NCBI RefSeq assembly: GCF_964355755.1
Contig: NC_092673.1
Location: 21,945,648 to 22,009,647, forward strand
From: Antedon mediterranea
Lineage: Eukaryota > Animalia > Echinodermata
DNA length: 64,000 nucleotides
Direction of reading: 5' to 3'
Below, piece by piece: positions 16,101 through 28,500 of the stretch. The position numbers were made by a program, and so were the translations under genes. The first letter of the stretch is position 1. Each line of letters opens with the position of its first letter. Below the pieces are notes generated by a model. The model was given only the letters and a program-made list of their open reading frames with translations, did not search any database and was not told where the DNA came from.

Positions 16101-19100
16101 ACTTTATGTGACAAAAAAATGTGATGTGCCCATATATTGACATAATTTCAAATCACTACCATATTTGGGCATATTACAACCATATTTGGGCACATCACAC
16201 TTTTTTGTCAAACTTGTTTGATAGTGTAGACAGAGCATTAGAAAGTAGTTGTTGCAGGGGTTACTTATCTCGATTGATAGTTGTTCTCAGGTGTACAGTA
16301 GTTGAACAAATGAGGTAGTTATTCTAGAATCCATGAAAACAATTGGCAATCTTGTGATAGCTCTCATCTTGTTTGTCTTCTTGTAATTAACAAGAAAGAC
16401 TGGTCTCCAAGAGGGCCCAGTTATGATCAGTGGCTGTGTGTGTACCAGTACACCGGGGTAACCCCTCCTTGTCTCGAAAGATGTACTAGGTTCTTTAAAG
16501 TGCACATGAGCTAGGTGTGGACCTACGGTTTACAGTCCCCTTGCCAATATTATGGCTACGTAATTATGTTTCCACTGGCTTAACCGCTTGGCCACTCACT
16601 CACGGACATGATGGACTCACCTTTATCCTTGCAAATTGATTCACAAGCTCTCAACAGATCCATAGGTCCGACGGCACTGAAAGCTCCTCGTCGCCTTTTC
16701 CGATGCAAAACTGGAAGAAAAGTAGTTATAAAATAATCAGTGCTAAAAAAATAATTACGTATTAAACTCAATTTTAACAGTGTGTTGAATGTTGTATTAC
16801 TAATTGTGATTCCAATCTAACACTCGCTGCATTGCTTGTATCATTAGGCAAGACACTTAATAATAATAATATCCTGGATTATATAGTGCCTAATGTTGTG
16901 AAACCTCTAAGCGCTGAAGATTAATATTACCCCAGTCATTTTTTTGGATCAAACGCGTATGGAAACTTACTCTCATAGTGCAAAGTCGTGTCTTGATCTA
17001 ACCGGTTTCCCACTGATACACAGGTATATAAAAGGGGTACCAGTTAGATCAAGACACAACTTTGTGCTGATTACTAGCTGCATTATTATGGGAGTATGCT
17101 TCCATACATCTTTGATCCAAAAAAATGACTGGGGTACTGTAATAATGTGCAGTGCATTGAGAGCTTCTTCTATTAACAAAAGTATATTACCAGGATTTTG
17201 AAATTTAAAAGTCAACTGATGAATAACTGAATGAAATTTTGAATTTATTTGCATAGTATTAGTGTTGCATTTTGTTGAAAAACCTTTGCAATTATAATTT
17301 AAGAGCTGATTTTCATATATTTAATGAGATTGATTTTAAATAGGGTTCTTTCTTTTATAAACATTTGCTTCTTGAATTTTCCCCTTTGCTTTGTTTAGAT
17401 CAATTATTTTTAATTTGTTGTCATATTGAAATTTTCATCACTCAAAGAAAATAAAGTTGTCATTGTCATTGTCATAAAAATGTTGTTTTTATATTATTAT
17501 ACTGTAGATCATTGGTGTTTTCTATAAGATGTACATTTTTAAATTATGGTTTACAAATAGTACTCTAAATTAAATCTACCTTTTCCAGGATCAATTTTCG
17601 AGCTAAAGTTTTCCTTTGGGAATGATGTAAAACAGATAACGTGAAGACAAGGATATTTCTCACGAAAATATGACCTCCAAGCGACAACCAATGAGGGCGG
17701 TGCCAGGTCAATCTTGTTTAAAACTAATATAAGATGTTTGTTTAATTCTTTAACAACATAATCATAAAGTACTGGTGAGAAGTGAAGGGCTGGGTGCCTG
17801 ATGTCGGCTATTAAAAGAATCACGTCTGACATTTCCACGACCCGCCACAATTGACGCCATGTCTGAAAACAAATTACAAAAAATATCAATCATTATAAGC
17901 TGCTTATAATGCACTTTGATTTTAACATTAAAATGTGTTAATCCAGATGGTAAATTAAATTGGTTTCTAGAGAGTAAGAACAATTAATTAAATTTACTTA
18001 ATTTAAAATTCATTGAATAGTACTAACTTTATGGTTCAAAAATTTTTGTTTTCTGGATGTCTGAGGCAGATATCATAAATAATGCATGAGCCTAATTATT
18101 TTTAAATTACAAGATAGCTGATCTATTTTCTAAATTTAACTCAATTATATATTTCTCTCAATTATTACAAAAGCCATCAAGTTGGCTTGCAGTTAAAAGC
18201 CTGACTGTCATACCGTCCTCTGACCCCCTTGTTAAATATAACAGTAAATATTATACAAATAATGAAAGGTTTGAGTGTACTGTAATTTCATGAGGGGTGA
18301 AAGATGAATATTTATATTCTCAAGGAGGTGAAGCCAAACAAAAACATAAACAATTTGTATCTTTCATCAGAAATTATTTGTTCCATATACATATAAAACA
18401 TTCATTATTTGTTTTATAACACACCTACAGTACTTTTAATGAGGCCTAAACCATTAAAACAGTTAGCACTCTAATTTTGGGTGCAGAGTACAACAATTAT
18501 AGGCAGTGCATACTACAGGTTGATTGAACGTGATCTGTCAAAAACAGCTTAGCCTCGTATCGCGCGTGTAGTATGTAACAAAAAAATCTACTAAAACTCT
18601 GTCTACACTATCAAACTAGTTTGAAAAAAAAAGTTTGATGTGCCCAAATATGGTAGTGATATTCCCAAATATGGTAGTGATATTACATCATCATGTCCAT
18701 ATATGGGCACAACACATTTGTTTGTCACATAAAGTTTGATAGTGGCAATGTTTATTAACCTACCTCTAAGTTACACTCAAAGTAGCTAACTTCACCAGCT
18801 GAATATTTAGCCCTGATATTGTTGAGGTACTCGTGGAACATTTGTTCCTCTTTCTTCTCCACCTGATCCTTGGACAGTGTGTAGTCCCACGGTGGTCGTT
18901 TTGGTATATCAAGCACAGATCCAGGCTGATAGATATCTTCGATATTTACTTCTAATTCAATCTGAAAAATGTTTTTAATAACCTTTTTGTAAGAATTGAT
19001 GTAAATTTAATTAAATTGTCTTTACAGGATATTCAAAATAAAATGGGATTGGACGCATGTAGTAAAAAATCGGTGACGTAACGCAGAGGCCTGAGGCCCC

Positions 19101-22100
19101 AGGTTTCGAAACCCAAAGTTGCCCTACAACGATGGAGGCCTTGGATGTTTTTAGCCTTTTTCCGACATATTTTAATGCCTGTTTTTTCCTCTGGGCAATG
19201 CTCAGTGGCCCTATAAATAAGCTCTGGGGCCCCAGGGTTTAGCTAGTGAGTGCTAATAGCCGCCAATGTATGAATTGTTGATTTACATTTATGAGAAGGA
19301 TATTAGGGAAGAATTTAGAGCAAGGGATGGAAATGGATTGGGCATATGCGTTAAGAATGGAGGATAGCAGCCACTGTATGACAGCCTTAACGTGGTGTCC
19401 AAAAGGAAGGAGGAATATGGATGCCCTACAACAATATGTAGGAGGACAGTAGAAAAGGAGAGAATGGCATTGGGATGGGGGGAATCTTGGAACAAAGCAA
19501 AGTTGGTGCCATGGCTAAAGACTGGGTTCACAGGAGACAAACATGTGTAGCCTTATGGACCAATGGACAGACAAACAGACAGATAAAATGATGAATATCA
19601 AATAGGATGATTTGCTCTGATGGATAGGTACTGTACAGTAGCAATGTGACCAATATTCACAAGCATTATAATTTTTTTTCAATTTGACAGCAGGGAGCCC
19701 ACCACTTACCGAATGTAATACATAGCAACAGCAGACAACAATTCAAAGCATATCAATTAAAAATGTTATTAATGACGTTAATTAAGTAACCTTTCATCTA
19801 CTTATATTATTGACAGCTCTATCCACACTATCAAACTTTATGTGACAAAAAGATGTGATGTGCCCATATATGGACACGGTGACTTTATATCACTACCATA
19901 TTTAAACATATCACTACCATATTTAAGCATATCACTACCATATTTAAGCATATTACTACCATATTTAGGCATATCACTACCATATTTAAGCATATCACTA
20001 CCATATTTAAGCATATCACTACTATATTTAAGCATACAGTATCACTACCATATTTAGGCATATCACTACCATATTTAAGCATATCACTACCATATTTAAG
20101 CATATCACTACCATATTTAGGCATATCACCACCATATTTAGGCATATCACCACCATATTTAGGCATACAGTATCACTACCATATTTAGGCATATCACTAC
20201 CATATTTAGGCACATCACACTTTTGTTGTCAAACTAGTTTGATGGTAACTTTAGTCTAGTTTGAAATACAGTCAATTATTACGTCAATGGTCAAATACAC
20301 TATAGTATATAAATTAACATGAAATGATATGTGGTATGAAATTATCATTGATTTTTTGTGAATTGTATTTTATGAAGCCTGCATAATAAATAAGACAGAT
20401 GAATATTAGATAAGCTGTAACATAAGTTGCCATCATCTCATTATCCAAGACATAAAGATTGATTATTACCAACTGTGTCAAATCAAATTATATAACTAAA
20501 GTAATGAATATTGCCTCAATATTGACACTGCATAAATATAATGTTTGAACTCTCTTCATTACTTCACAATGTTATCATTGAAAGTACTATAAATGTTAGT
20601 GGGAACAAGAACCAATTGGAAGCACATGAATATATATATGTAGAAGAATAGAAACCAAATGAACTACAGTAATACTAAATAAATAGACATCTGACAGATA
20701 TCACAGATTTTCCATGTTAAAACACAGATTATATTGCACGGTGAAATCAAATGTTGATATAAAATTTGCGGTACATCTAAATATTAGTTCTGAAATAAAA
20801 CTGTTGAGTTTCTTGACGTTTCAATCAATATGCTTTGATCATTTTCTGAAGTTAGAAAGCATTCTCATTCTCACTCCGGAGGACGCATATTGATCGAAAC
20901 ATCAACAGTTCTTTTGAAAACTAATATATGTGGTGTACCGCAAACTTTATATCAAAACACAGATTACACATATTATTCAATTCAACTTTTATTTCAGATA
21001 ATTGCCCATATGGTATAATACATTACAAAAAGAAGATGATGAAGGAGACTAGAGAGGATCAAAACTTTTATCTATTGGTATAATATAATGATTTTCTCCA
21101 TTTGTAATACATGTGTGAATCATATAGATTGTTAATTGTATTAAAGTAATTACTTTAAAAAAAAACAAAATTTAACTTTTCAAATATAGATTTTTCTAAA
21201 GATCATACAAAATGTACAATACTTTTTTTAATTAACCTTTGTTTGGTTTGTAATGCAATACAAATTAATTGTCTTTTATATGTCACCTGTGACGGCGGAG
21301 AAAATTTCTAAAGCAATTAATTTTGCTTTTATTTAATCCTGTCATGGGCCATGGGTTTTGTTGGTTTCGATCCAAGTCGGCCCTAAACCGTCTCGGCCAA
21401 AGTCAAGTCGGCCCCAAGTCAAGTCGGCCTCAAGTCAACTCGGCCTGACGTCAACTCGGCCAAAAAATAATCGGTCAACTCGGCCCCGTTAAAGTATGGA
21501 ACGCAAAAAGTGCAAATAAAGGGGATTGATAAAATAATATTTCTTCACAATTTTTTAACTATGAATAATTCTGACTTTTAATGAATATTATTATTTAGAC
21601 AATAATATATTTAGCAAAAAAAATAGGAATGATTTCACCAACTTTCCTTTATTTACGTTTAATAAAATTTCGTAGCTGAGCCTCCCTGCGTGTTTGCCAG
21701 CTTTTTCGATATCTACAACTGCTACGTGTTTTCGCTGACCGGGGGATTCCCCTTTTTAAAAAACGCAAATCATGCACAAAAACGATGTACGATCATTTTT
21801 TCTACGGCCAAATGGTGGAACGTAGGCCTCCGTCTTCGATTTCCTAAAATACGGTACCTGCACGTGTTTTTTGTAACACGCGGGTACTTCTATTCATATC
21901 GGCAATGAGTTCATTTTTTTATATGATAATTATTATATTTTTTATTTCTTCATTTTTTTTAAAACGTGGATAGTAAGAATCGTAATAATATTAAGCACTT
22001 TTTGCGTTCCATACTTTATTGTGGCCGAGTTGACCGATTAGTTTTTGGCCGAGTTGACGTGAGGCCGAGTTGACTTGAGGCCGAGTTGACTTGAGGCCGA

Positions 22101-24894
22101 GTTGACTTGGGGCCGACATGACGTGGGGCCGACTTGACTTTGGCCGAGACGGTTTGGGGCCGACTTGACCTGCACCCACTACCCGTTTTGTTACAGTATG
22201 TTTGTTTGTATTGTTTTTATTTTGTTGTTTAATTGACGAAATAAATGAAATTACATTTTTGTACTTTTGTTATACCAGATGGCTAATTAATACATAAATA
22301 AAAATAGACCGAGAACTGGGCTATGTCAAGTGACGCTATGCGAATATAACACATACTGTACAAGTCTCTGAATCTAATCAACTTGATTCAGTTGACATTT
22401 AAACAGACTTGCTGAACTTTTCAAAAGCAATGTGCAAAACCTCCTATGATGTATATGAGAGTTATGGAGGTTGTGTAATGGTATTACTAGCATTATATTG
22501 TGTACACTACACCCATTTTTAGGTTTTTCTTCTGTAATGTACTACCACATTGGCCCAATGATACCAAAAATTCACTAACCAAATTTTACACGTCCATTGG
22601 AAGTGTATAACACTTAACAGATATATTTCAGTTAAGCATTTGAAAACTATGTATATTAATTACAGAACACTTTGATCTTAAATACCACTCACAAAATAAT
22701 TGTGAAACCTTATTTTAACAATTAACCGATAATTTTGTTTGGCTGCGGAAACATGGCCTTACACATGTGTTCTTAAATTGTGTTCATTACCTTTTCAATT
22801 TAAATTGTATACATCTTTAAGTTTTATACATTACACTATTGGGTCAGATTAATTACTTCACTATTATTCATCTCTTTAGAAAATTATAAAAAAAATGCAT
22901 ACCTCTGGTAACATAGTGAATGGCTGCATTCCAAGTTTCTTTTGCTGGGCCAATTCCTGCTTTGTTTCCTTTTCAAAATGTAGCTTGTACCTAACATTAA
23001 AATGTAAAAAAAAAATAAATGAAAAAAAAGTGCTTATTATACAATAATATGCATGCTTCTTCTGTAGAATGATGCTGTATTGTAAAAAGTAAATTCCCTG
23101 ATGTGCGATGTGAAAACCATTCAACTCTGAGAAAAATATTCTTTTGAGAGAGTGGATAGACTAATGACAGTCCTATGAAATCTTCTTTTGAGAGAGTGGA
23201 TAGACAAATGACAGTCCTATGCCAACTTGGTCTCACACCAACTTGCCAGTCCTATGTCAACTCGGTCTCACATCAACTTGCCAGTCCTATGTCAACTCGG
23301 TCTCACACCAACTTGCCAGTCTTATGCTAACTCGGTCTCACACCAACTTGTCAGTCCTATGCCAACTTGGACTCGCATCAACTCGGTCTCACACCAACTT
23401 GCCAGTCCTATGCTAACTCGGTCTCACACCAACTTGCCAGTCGTATGCTAACTCGGTCTCACTCTCACACCAACTTGCCAGTCTTATGCCAACTTGGTCT
23501 CACACCAACTTGCCAGTCCTATGCCAACTTAGTCTCACACCAACTTGCCAGTCCTATGCTAACTCGGTCTCACACCAACTTGCCAGTCTTATGCCAACTT
23601 AGTCTCACACCAACTTGCCAGTCCTATGCTAACTCGGTGTCACACCAACTTGCCAGTCCTTTGCCAACTCGGACTCACATCAACTCGGTCTCACAGCAAC
23701 TTGCCAGTCCTATGCTAACTCGGTCTCACACCAACTTGCCAGTCTTATGCTAACTCGGTCTCACACCAACTTGCCAGTCCTATGCCAACTTGGACTCACA
23801 TCAACTCGGTCTCACAGCAACTTGCCAGTCCTTATATGTCAACTCAGTCCCTCAGGAGTAAGTAAACCCAGTCAAACAGGCAAAACCTGATCTTGTTCAG
23901 TAAAAAGCATGGTATACTGTACACAAGATAAATATGTTTGATGTGCAGTATTGACATTTTCAATTTCCTGTTGTTAATAATTAACTTCATAAAGTCAAAT
24001 AACAAACACTACCATATTGAAACACAATCTGACCAAAATGTCAAGTGTTAGCTGGTGGTACACTGTTACATTTTTTATATATTTAGGCAACTTGCCAAGG
24101 ATAACCATGCAGTAAGCAAATTCATTTACTATCCTTCTTAAAGGTGGCAATCCTGTTCACAAGACAAACATATATACAAGATGCTCTAAATGAACAAAGT
24201 CTAGTTACAAGTCTTTGGGATTGTCATTAAAAAAAATCCATGTGACAGCAATTGAACCAAGGACTTTGAATTGCTAGCCAATCATAACCACCGAGCCACA
24301 ACTCCACTGAGCACTAACAGTAATTCATTGATGGCATCAAGACTCAGATTATAAAAAAAGAATTATTATATTGTTTCCAAGCATGTCATACTGTACTACA
24401 AACTGAAATTACCTAGTGGGATCATATTTCTTTTCTGGAAATCTTCTTGAAAGAAAAGGTTGAAAATTCAACAAGCGTGCTTCTTTCTGTTCACTACTGT
24501 CTGAACCAGAGTCGATATCCTCACTGCTGTCTGGGAGCTGACGTGGTCGAGGGCGATGAGCCTGACCTGTTCAAATTTTAAAATAACGGTAATATTTAAT
24601 CATCAAAATATTCAATTCAACAATCCAAAAACACTTATAAACTGACTCATTTTTGGCGTTTTTTAATTCAGACAAGTAATTTTACTATTCAATTTCTAAT
24701 TTCAAAAACGGTGAAAGAACCAAAATGGCTAGGCCATTTAAGTTCTGAAACACAAACAGATGTACACCTGGCTAAGGCACGCCATAGTCCTATGTACCTG
24801 GATATCGGTGTGGTTCGTTGCCTCGCTTTCTTTCCCGTTTTTCTTGAAGTTGCTTTTTCTTTTGCTTATTACTAAAAGGTTTTTTCCGTGGCAT
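13173..24894 (-). CDS. GNL1: Guanine nucleotide-binding protein-like 1 (circularly permuted GTPase), about 616 aa. Exons 24894-24798, 24566-24413, 22990-22903, 18961-18764, 17862-17580, 16710-16621, 15926-15771, 15316-15138, 14547-14376, 13873-13733, 13465-13173
   Basis: N-terminus MPRKKPFSNKQKKKQLQEKRERKRG; PKRPPW..SYFECNLE/TWRQLWRVVEMSD; permuted G motifs NKID, GHPNVGKSS, TPGHTKHFQT, DCPG; AWAEKRGFVTAKAGRNDTYRAANNILR; acidic tail with NPYSLL. Exon phases sum to 1851 nt in frame. Confidence 0.95.
14034..14235. mobile_element. Truncated Tc1/mariner-pogo-like MITE end; a similar terminus is at about 651
   Basis: TA|CAGTTGAACCTCTG terminus followed by repeated GCGGCCACC motifs; no matching right TIR found. 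Confidence 0.55.
16806..17165. mobile_element. Rearranged fragments of the tRNA-derived SINE family seen at 58320
   Basis: GCATTGCTTGTATCATTAGGCAAGACAC, then an inverted tail (..CCCCAGTCATTTTTTTGGATCAAA..GTGTCTTGATCTAACCGG), then a forward tail (AGATCAAGACACAACTTTG..AAAAAATGACTGGGG). Confidence 0.75.
19816..20243. mobile_element. AGCTCTGTCTACAC-family MITE with its internal 21-bp unit expanded to about 15 copies
   Basis: Left TIR AGCTCTATCCACACTATCAAAC, array of ATATCACTACCATATTTA(A/G)GC, right end GTCAAACTAGTTTGAT. Confidence 0.88.
20753..20956. mobile_element. Inverted pair of Penelope-like terminal-repeat fragments; related single copy at about 56041-56145
   Basis: Outer arms TGATATAAAATTTGCGGTACA / TGTACCGCAAACTTTATATCA; both arms carry a GCATATTGAT(C/T)GAAAC(G/A)TC motif. 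Confidence 0.6.
21363..22184. mobile_element. Non-autonomous DNA transposon with about 150-bp inverted ends built from (AAG)TCAA(C/G)TCGGCC repeats
   Basis: Mirror arrays at 21373-21515 and 21995-22168; 8-bp direct repeat GTTTTGTT at 21355-21362 and 22185-22192. Superfamily unresolved. Confidence 0.8.
23213..23850. repeat. 35-bp minisatellite GTCCTATGCTAACTCGGTCTCACACCAACTTGCCA, about 17 copies, preceded by a roughly 44-bp duplication (23141-23221)
   Basis: Directly visible tandem units with occasional 16-bp sub-unit insertions. Confidence 0.92.
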
Positions 24895-25527
24895 GATGCA
24901 ACTTGTTGCTATTTCAATCAACTGCACATCACAGGGTTCTGAAAGTTCAATTAGCAAGTTGGTTAATATTAAGTCATTCTACAATCAAAACAAATCAGCC
25001 ATATTAATAATATTGTGCCCGGCCCTCACGCAATATGAGTGTTTCGGCGGCGTCAAACCCTAGCAAGCCAGGCTATTTAGCCAGCTAGCCAGGCCTAGGC
25101 CTAGGTTTTTAGCAATGTAGTAGGCTATTATTACTGAAAAAGTATCAAACGGATCGTTTTTAAAACTGAACATTACATTTATTAATTTTAAAAGACTAAA
25201 TAACCTGAAAAAGATGAAAAGTAGACCGTCAATCAATTAAAATCCTACACACAAAAAACGTACTCGTCGCGCGAGTACACAAAAAATCATTAATTGATGG
25301 ACTGTGCACATGCGTAGTACCCCGAAATGTTTCTCAACAAAAAATTAATAGAGAAAAAGCTAAGGAGGATCGAAAGATTGAGGCCACCTAACTAGCGCTA
25401 ATTCTTTGCCTAGACGACTGTATACAAACAATGGAGAGACTAGCCTAGCTAGGCCTACTCTCTATTCAGACTGTAATAAATTTCCCTTTTGATACGAAAT
25501 CGAAACAAAAATGCTTTAAGTTGTACA
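24895..25527. promoter_or_regulatory. Bidirectional promoter region shared by GNL1 and ATAT1
   Basis: Divergent start codons are 633 bp apart. The region has local CpG enrichment, with a TCGCGCGAG palindrome-like site near 25267 and an NRF1-like TGCACATGCGTA near 25305. Confidence 0.6.
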
Positions 25528-28500
25528 ATGGAATTTCCATTTAATATAAATTATCTCTTTGGAGAAAAAATATCCATGATTGATAACCGCCTTAATCCAT
25601 TTAAAACACACGGGTAAGTTAGACTCTCTCTCTAGGCCTAGAGAGTAGTACTCTAGGCTAGTCTAGGAGGCTAGGCCTAGGCCTAGGCCGGCTATGGCTG
25701 CTCTGTATACCCGCTGTATAGGCCTATTAGTAGTACTACTTGACTAGTAGTGGCCCCTAGGTAGTAGTACTAGTAGGCTAGGTAGGTGGCAAGATGAGTA
25801 GGCTGAAGAATAATTTTGTATTCGTTGAATGGTTAGAATATTTCATTCAATGAAAAATGTACTGCTCTATTTTCAACTTGGCTCCACCTCTTTAAAAAAT
25901 AGAGCAATCAATTTTTAATCTAATGAAATATTCTCGCCATCCAACTTGTAAACATTCGTTAGTAATTTTAGACCTATACTAAATGTTTTTCTTATTATTT
26001 GTTTTTATTCTAGTCATGGAAACTTGCAACAGAACTTAATAACTGTTATTGATGCAATGGGAAAAGCATCTGCTAAGGTGAGAATAAATTAAAATCAATC
26101 TGTCATAAATTGGAGCTGTACCTCATAGCTTTGGTCATAAAAATATTATAAATAATAATGTCTATTATGCTTTGGTGGCATGCTTGCCTTCCAATCCCAA
26201 GGTTTATGGTTCAATTATGAGTCGCAACTGTTTCTACTCCACTCCATAAGTCTAAAACTAAATTTTGCAGTTATCCAATTTCAGAATCTGTATTTTTACA
26301 CATTTTTAATCATTAACTTTTATGATATTTATTATTTTGATTACTCTTTAATTTATTATGTTTGTTATGCTATTTCCAATTACTGTACCGGGTGTACCAC
26401 TTTGAAAATCAGTGCACTGGAAAGAGGCTTCAGAATAAATAAAATAAATAAATAAATTCTGCAGTGTATTTCCAGTTAATTTAATCCCAAGTCTTCTAAT
26501 AATCGTAATAATTTTTTAATGTATTGAGTAAGGTGCAATTTCTCCAGATTCTTTGGGACTGACACGAAAAACATCCTGATAGTGCAAATTTATGATTTAG
26601 TCTGTACTGCTACATTCCTTTTGTTAATCATTACATATGCCATGTAAGCACCTGGCATTGTATACTATCAATGCTGATGCCCAAGATTTTTTAATAGTGC
26701 CTTCAATGTTTTGATGTACTAATGATATATTTTACTTTAGTATTATAATGAGACACCATCCAATAAATAATTAACAAATATAATGCACCAAAACCTTAAA
26801 GATGTATTGTCCCCCAAAAACATGAAAAATAAAGATTAATAAAATGAGACTTTGAATAGATTATTTTGTAGCTTTAATCAAATTAATCATTTCTGTAGAA
26901 AAAAACTGGAAAAAATAAAGGTTTTCACTTATAAAATTACAAAATAAATTCAACCAAAAACCCATTGGCTGTCAGTCAATTAGACTATTTTTTTGCTCTT
27001 AAATTACATTTTTTTAGGTAAATACTTTTTTTTCGATCAAATTTTTTATCAAAGTGGATATATTAGGTGACATTAAAATGACATATTCAACAGAAAATTT
27101 GTTAAGAATTAATTTTTCAGGGGACAATACATCTTTAACCAATTCTTCACGATGACTCTAAATAGTATAGATGACCCATGTAATGTATTAAATTGTGTGT
27201 TTATTTAGGCACAGGGCTTGCATGGTCCAATTACACTAGGTGCTAAGATGAGGTTCACGGATCATCACTTATACGTCATCAAAGATCAAGCTACAAATAA
27301 GTAAGTTTAATAACAAATAAATGGAAACATCAATGTGTTGATCTCTAAAGCTCTTTCTAGACTATCAAACTAGTTTGACAAGTGTGATGTGTCAAAATAT
27401 GGTAGTGAGAGGGAAGCCATGGTTTCGTTCTTTATTTGATAAGGAATGAAATCAGAAATTGAATTATGTATGTCCACTTCAATTCCAGATAAATTTTATT
27501 ATTGCCATATTAATATTGACAACTCTCAACAGTACAGTACACATTTACACATATATCTATCTTAATTTTTTTACTAAACATATTTACTAGAAACTGTCAC
27601 ATGATATGCTAATATTGTGTTTCCTCGTCTTCAGGGGTTTTGGATCAGTTATAGGTATTTTGAAAATTGGCAGGAAAAAGTTATTTGTATTGGATCGTTA
27701 TAGCAAACAACATGAAATGAAACCAATGTGCGTGTTGGACTTCTATGTGCACGAATCGGTCCAGCGAAGAGGCTGTGGCAAACAGCTATTCCAACATATG
27801 CTAAATGTAAGCAAACTCGCATAATGTCATGATGTCTGTAATGTGTAATTTAAGAAATAAAACCTGTCTAGTGTACACTTCTGGTTTGTGTCCACTTCAC
27901 ACAGTTAAGCTTTCAGAAATGTAGGGTTGCCCTGTCTTTTTCTCCATCTCACTAGCCCATGTCGTTTGGCTAGTGAAAGATAATTGTGCTGTATGACATG
28001 GAGGAACTCCTAGAAGAGATGACATTTAGATGAGTAGGCTGCAAGTCACAAATTATTTTCCTACAGTATATATATAAATTTTGTTTTGTACGTAGTCGAC
28101 TCTTTCAATACAGAAAACTAGCCCAAAGGGTCCCAAATACTTTTTTCCTAAAAAAACACATTCGGAATCCAGAATTTCTGGATATTCTGTCTGGTATTGA
28201 GAGAGTTGACTGTATTACTAAAATTCATGGACAAAGGAGAAACAATAGTTTTGTTGTACTTTCAGGTTGAAGGGATAAAGCCTCAGCATTTGGCTATAGA
28301 CCGTCCATCTCATAAGTTTACTCAGTTTCTTATGAAACATTATAACCTACGATCACACATTACTCAGGTAAGACTTAGATCCAGAACTTATTTACATGTT
28401 GGTACCAAAACACAGTATATACACACACTATATAATAATAATATTAATAATATTAATAATATTAATATTGTTTGTATAGCGCTTAATGCACAAAGCCTCA

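Noticed and set aside
19838-20213. ORFs with MPKYGSD / CLNMVVI repeats
   Set aside because: They are translations of a 21-bp tandem array inside a MITE, open in several frames on both strands.
23213-23850. 35-bp repeats resembling a CRISPR array
   Set aside because: Units are head-to-tail with no unique spacers, there are no cas genes, and the context is a eukaryotic intron.
25820-25950. Imperfect hairpin in ATAT1 intron 1 as a miRNA precursor
   Set aside because: It looks like a decayed palindromic repeat, with a similar remnant near 18290-18400; the arms are AT-rich and mismatched.
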